Assembly (NCBI GenBank): GCA_001179505.1 | Contig: CDMY01000382.1 | Coordinates: 1-64,000 of the forward strand | Direction of reading: 5' to 3' | Length of the DNA stretch: 64,000 nt | Source of the DNA: Vitrella brassicaformis CCMP3155 | Lineage: Eukaryota; Protista; Chromerida | Shown: one piece after another, positions 62,733 to 64,000 of the stretch | Position numbering within the stretch: the stretch's first letter is position 1 | Layout: each line of letters begins with the position of its first letter | Position numbers and translations under genes: made by a program | The notes under the pieces: model-generated | Databases searched by the model: none | What the model was told of the DNA's origin: nothing | What the model saw: only the letters and a program-made list of their open reading frames with translations

Positions 62733-64000
62733 ATGACTGAGGAGCTCCCTATTCCAAGAGGTGCCACCAGCAGCTGTGGCGTCACCGGGCCTACGGGTGG
62801 CCGCCTGCTGTTCAAGCTTCCGGGGTGGACGTCAGGAGTCCCTCTGCGAGTCGTCGCTGCGTCGTCGGCTGAGAGCCGGCAATGGGCAGTCCCGGCGACC
62901 TTCGAGGCGGCGGATGCTGATGTGCCTGCTGATCAGCTCAAGCCTCTCACCCACTACCTCTGCCTCTACCCGGATTTGGGGGTCATGCTGGCTCACTGTG
63001 GCGACGAGGGGCAGCAGACAGCGGCCGCTTCGTTCTTCAAGATCATGGGCAGGCTCAAGAAGAGGGCGCTCAAGGGGCGGAAAGTGTCCCGCTCGGCCGA
63101 CAAGCGTGTCTACTTCGAGGTGCCGGCAAACGAGAACTGCCTCTATGTCTTCTTCCACGACGATGCTGCGGCATCCGGTCTCCCGGAGAGCGCGGCGAAG
63201 TGGTCGCTCATCGACGCAGTCAGGGATCGTCTCAGGCCGCTGCCAACCGATGAGGAGTACAAGGCTCAGCTTGATCGGTGGCGGAAGATGGCACAGGATC
63301 AGGCTGCCCCCAAACACACCGCTGCTGCTGCTGCTGCTGCCGGTGGTGTGGCGTCCACCGAGCGTGAGAGGGATGACGTGGAGACCTCCCCCAACGGCGC
63401 CGGGTCCAACCCCAGCCCCTCGTCGCCGCAGGCCAAGGAGGCCCCCCAACAACCATCCACCACCAATCAAGACACCGCTGGCAACAACGACGGCACGCAG
63501 CGCGGCGGCCATGAAGCGAAGGCTCCTGCGGCATCAAACGGAGAGGCACAGCAGTCAAGGGAGCAGCCAAAGCAGCAGGAGACCGTCGAGGTCCAGCCAC
63601 GGGAACCACCAGCACAGGACGAGGGAGATGCCAAGCCGTCACCTTCCCGCCCCGCCGACGCGCCCGCTGTCGACGAGGCCAAAGCCAAGGAGCCGCCACG
63701 GCCGCCCATCGTTGCTGCAGCCAAGAGCAAGCTGCGGCCGCCAAAGTCGCCGGCACAGAAGGGCACAGATGCCAGCATCGAGGGGAGAGCCGCAGAGAGG
63801 GAGAAACAAGCTGAGGGAGCGGTCGGCAAATCTGGTCAGGTCGCTGCTGCTGCTGCTGCTACTGCTGCAGGAGGCCAAGTCGACGAAGCAGGACCGGCTC
63901 ACCGTGACAGTGACGTCCCAATGGAGCCTCCGTGTGCCCCACCACCTGTGGTCATCCCGACCCCCGTTGCCCCGCCTGCAGCACCACCACCACCCCGTGA
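62733..64000 (+). CDS. Hypothetical protein, partial (runs off right edge)
   Basis: Frame open from ATG 62733 (MTEELPIPRG...LTHYLCLYPDLGVMLAH...KRVYFEVPANENCLYVFFHDD...) to the window end with no stop, which is why it is absent from the ORF track. Globular-looking N-part, then A/P/E/Q-rich. Confidence 0.55.
   Translation, partial: MTEELPIPRGATSSCGVTGPTGGRLLFKLPGWTSGVPLRVVAASSAESRQWAVPATFEAADADVPADQLKPLTHYLCLYPDLGVMLAHCGDEGQQTAAASFFKIMGRLKKRALKGRKVSRSADKRVYFEVPANENCLYVFFHDDAAASGLPESAAKWSLIDAVRDRLRPLPTDEEYKAQLDRWRKMAQDQAAPKHTAAAAAAAGGVASTERERDDVETSPNGAGSNPSPSSPQAKEAPQQPSTTNQDTAGNNDGTQRGGHEAKAPAASNGEAQQSREQPKQQETVEVQPREPPAQDEGDAKPSPSRPADAPAVDEAKAKEPPRPPIVAAAKSKLRPPKSPAQKGTDASIEGRAAEREKQAEGAVGKSGQVAAAAAATAAGGQVDEAGPAHRDSDVPMEPPCAPPPVVIPTPVAPPAAPPPPR

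Overview
Gene-dense eukaryotic DNA, GC-rich (about 60% by eye), with many short GT-AG introns full of (GT/CA)n, (CAGA/TCTG)n and (GGAT)n microsatellites. Style and one lineage-specific gene family best fit a chromerid alveolate such as Vitrella brassicaformis (inference). I hand-spliced about 25 protein-coding loci. Recognisable genes: mitochondrial HSP60, a C3HC4 RING protein, PAC4/PSMG4, RWDD4, a SHAQKYF-like single MYB, a secreted PEBP, an LSMT/SETD3-class SET protein, a CLC Cl-/H+ exchanger, a stand-alone MEKHLA protein, DGAT2, XPG/RAD2, a twin-Cx9C protein, an Era GTPase, an R2R3-MYB, an EF-hand protein and RAD23. There is one 300-N gap (39800-40099). I saw no rRNA, tRNA, CRISPR array or transposon ORF. 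The most unusual items: (1) a secreted Cys-rich multi-peptide precursor punctuated by RxL(Q/D) motifs and built from phase-1 exons; (2) a bacterial-type Ppx/GppA with a possible bipartite plastid presequence; (3) an ABCC-type TMD0-like membrane domain fused to three PX domains; (4) introns with complementary 5' (CA/CAGA)n and 3' (TG/TCTG)n tracts that could bridge splice sites; (5) a SAP-Era fusion; (6) a zinc-less alpha-carbonic-anhydrase-like secreted protein. All exon boundaries are manual predictions, and no database searches were run.
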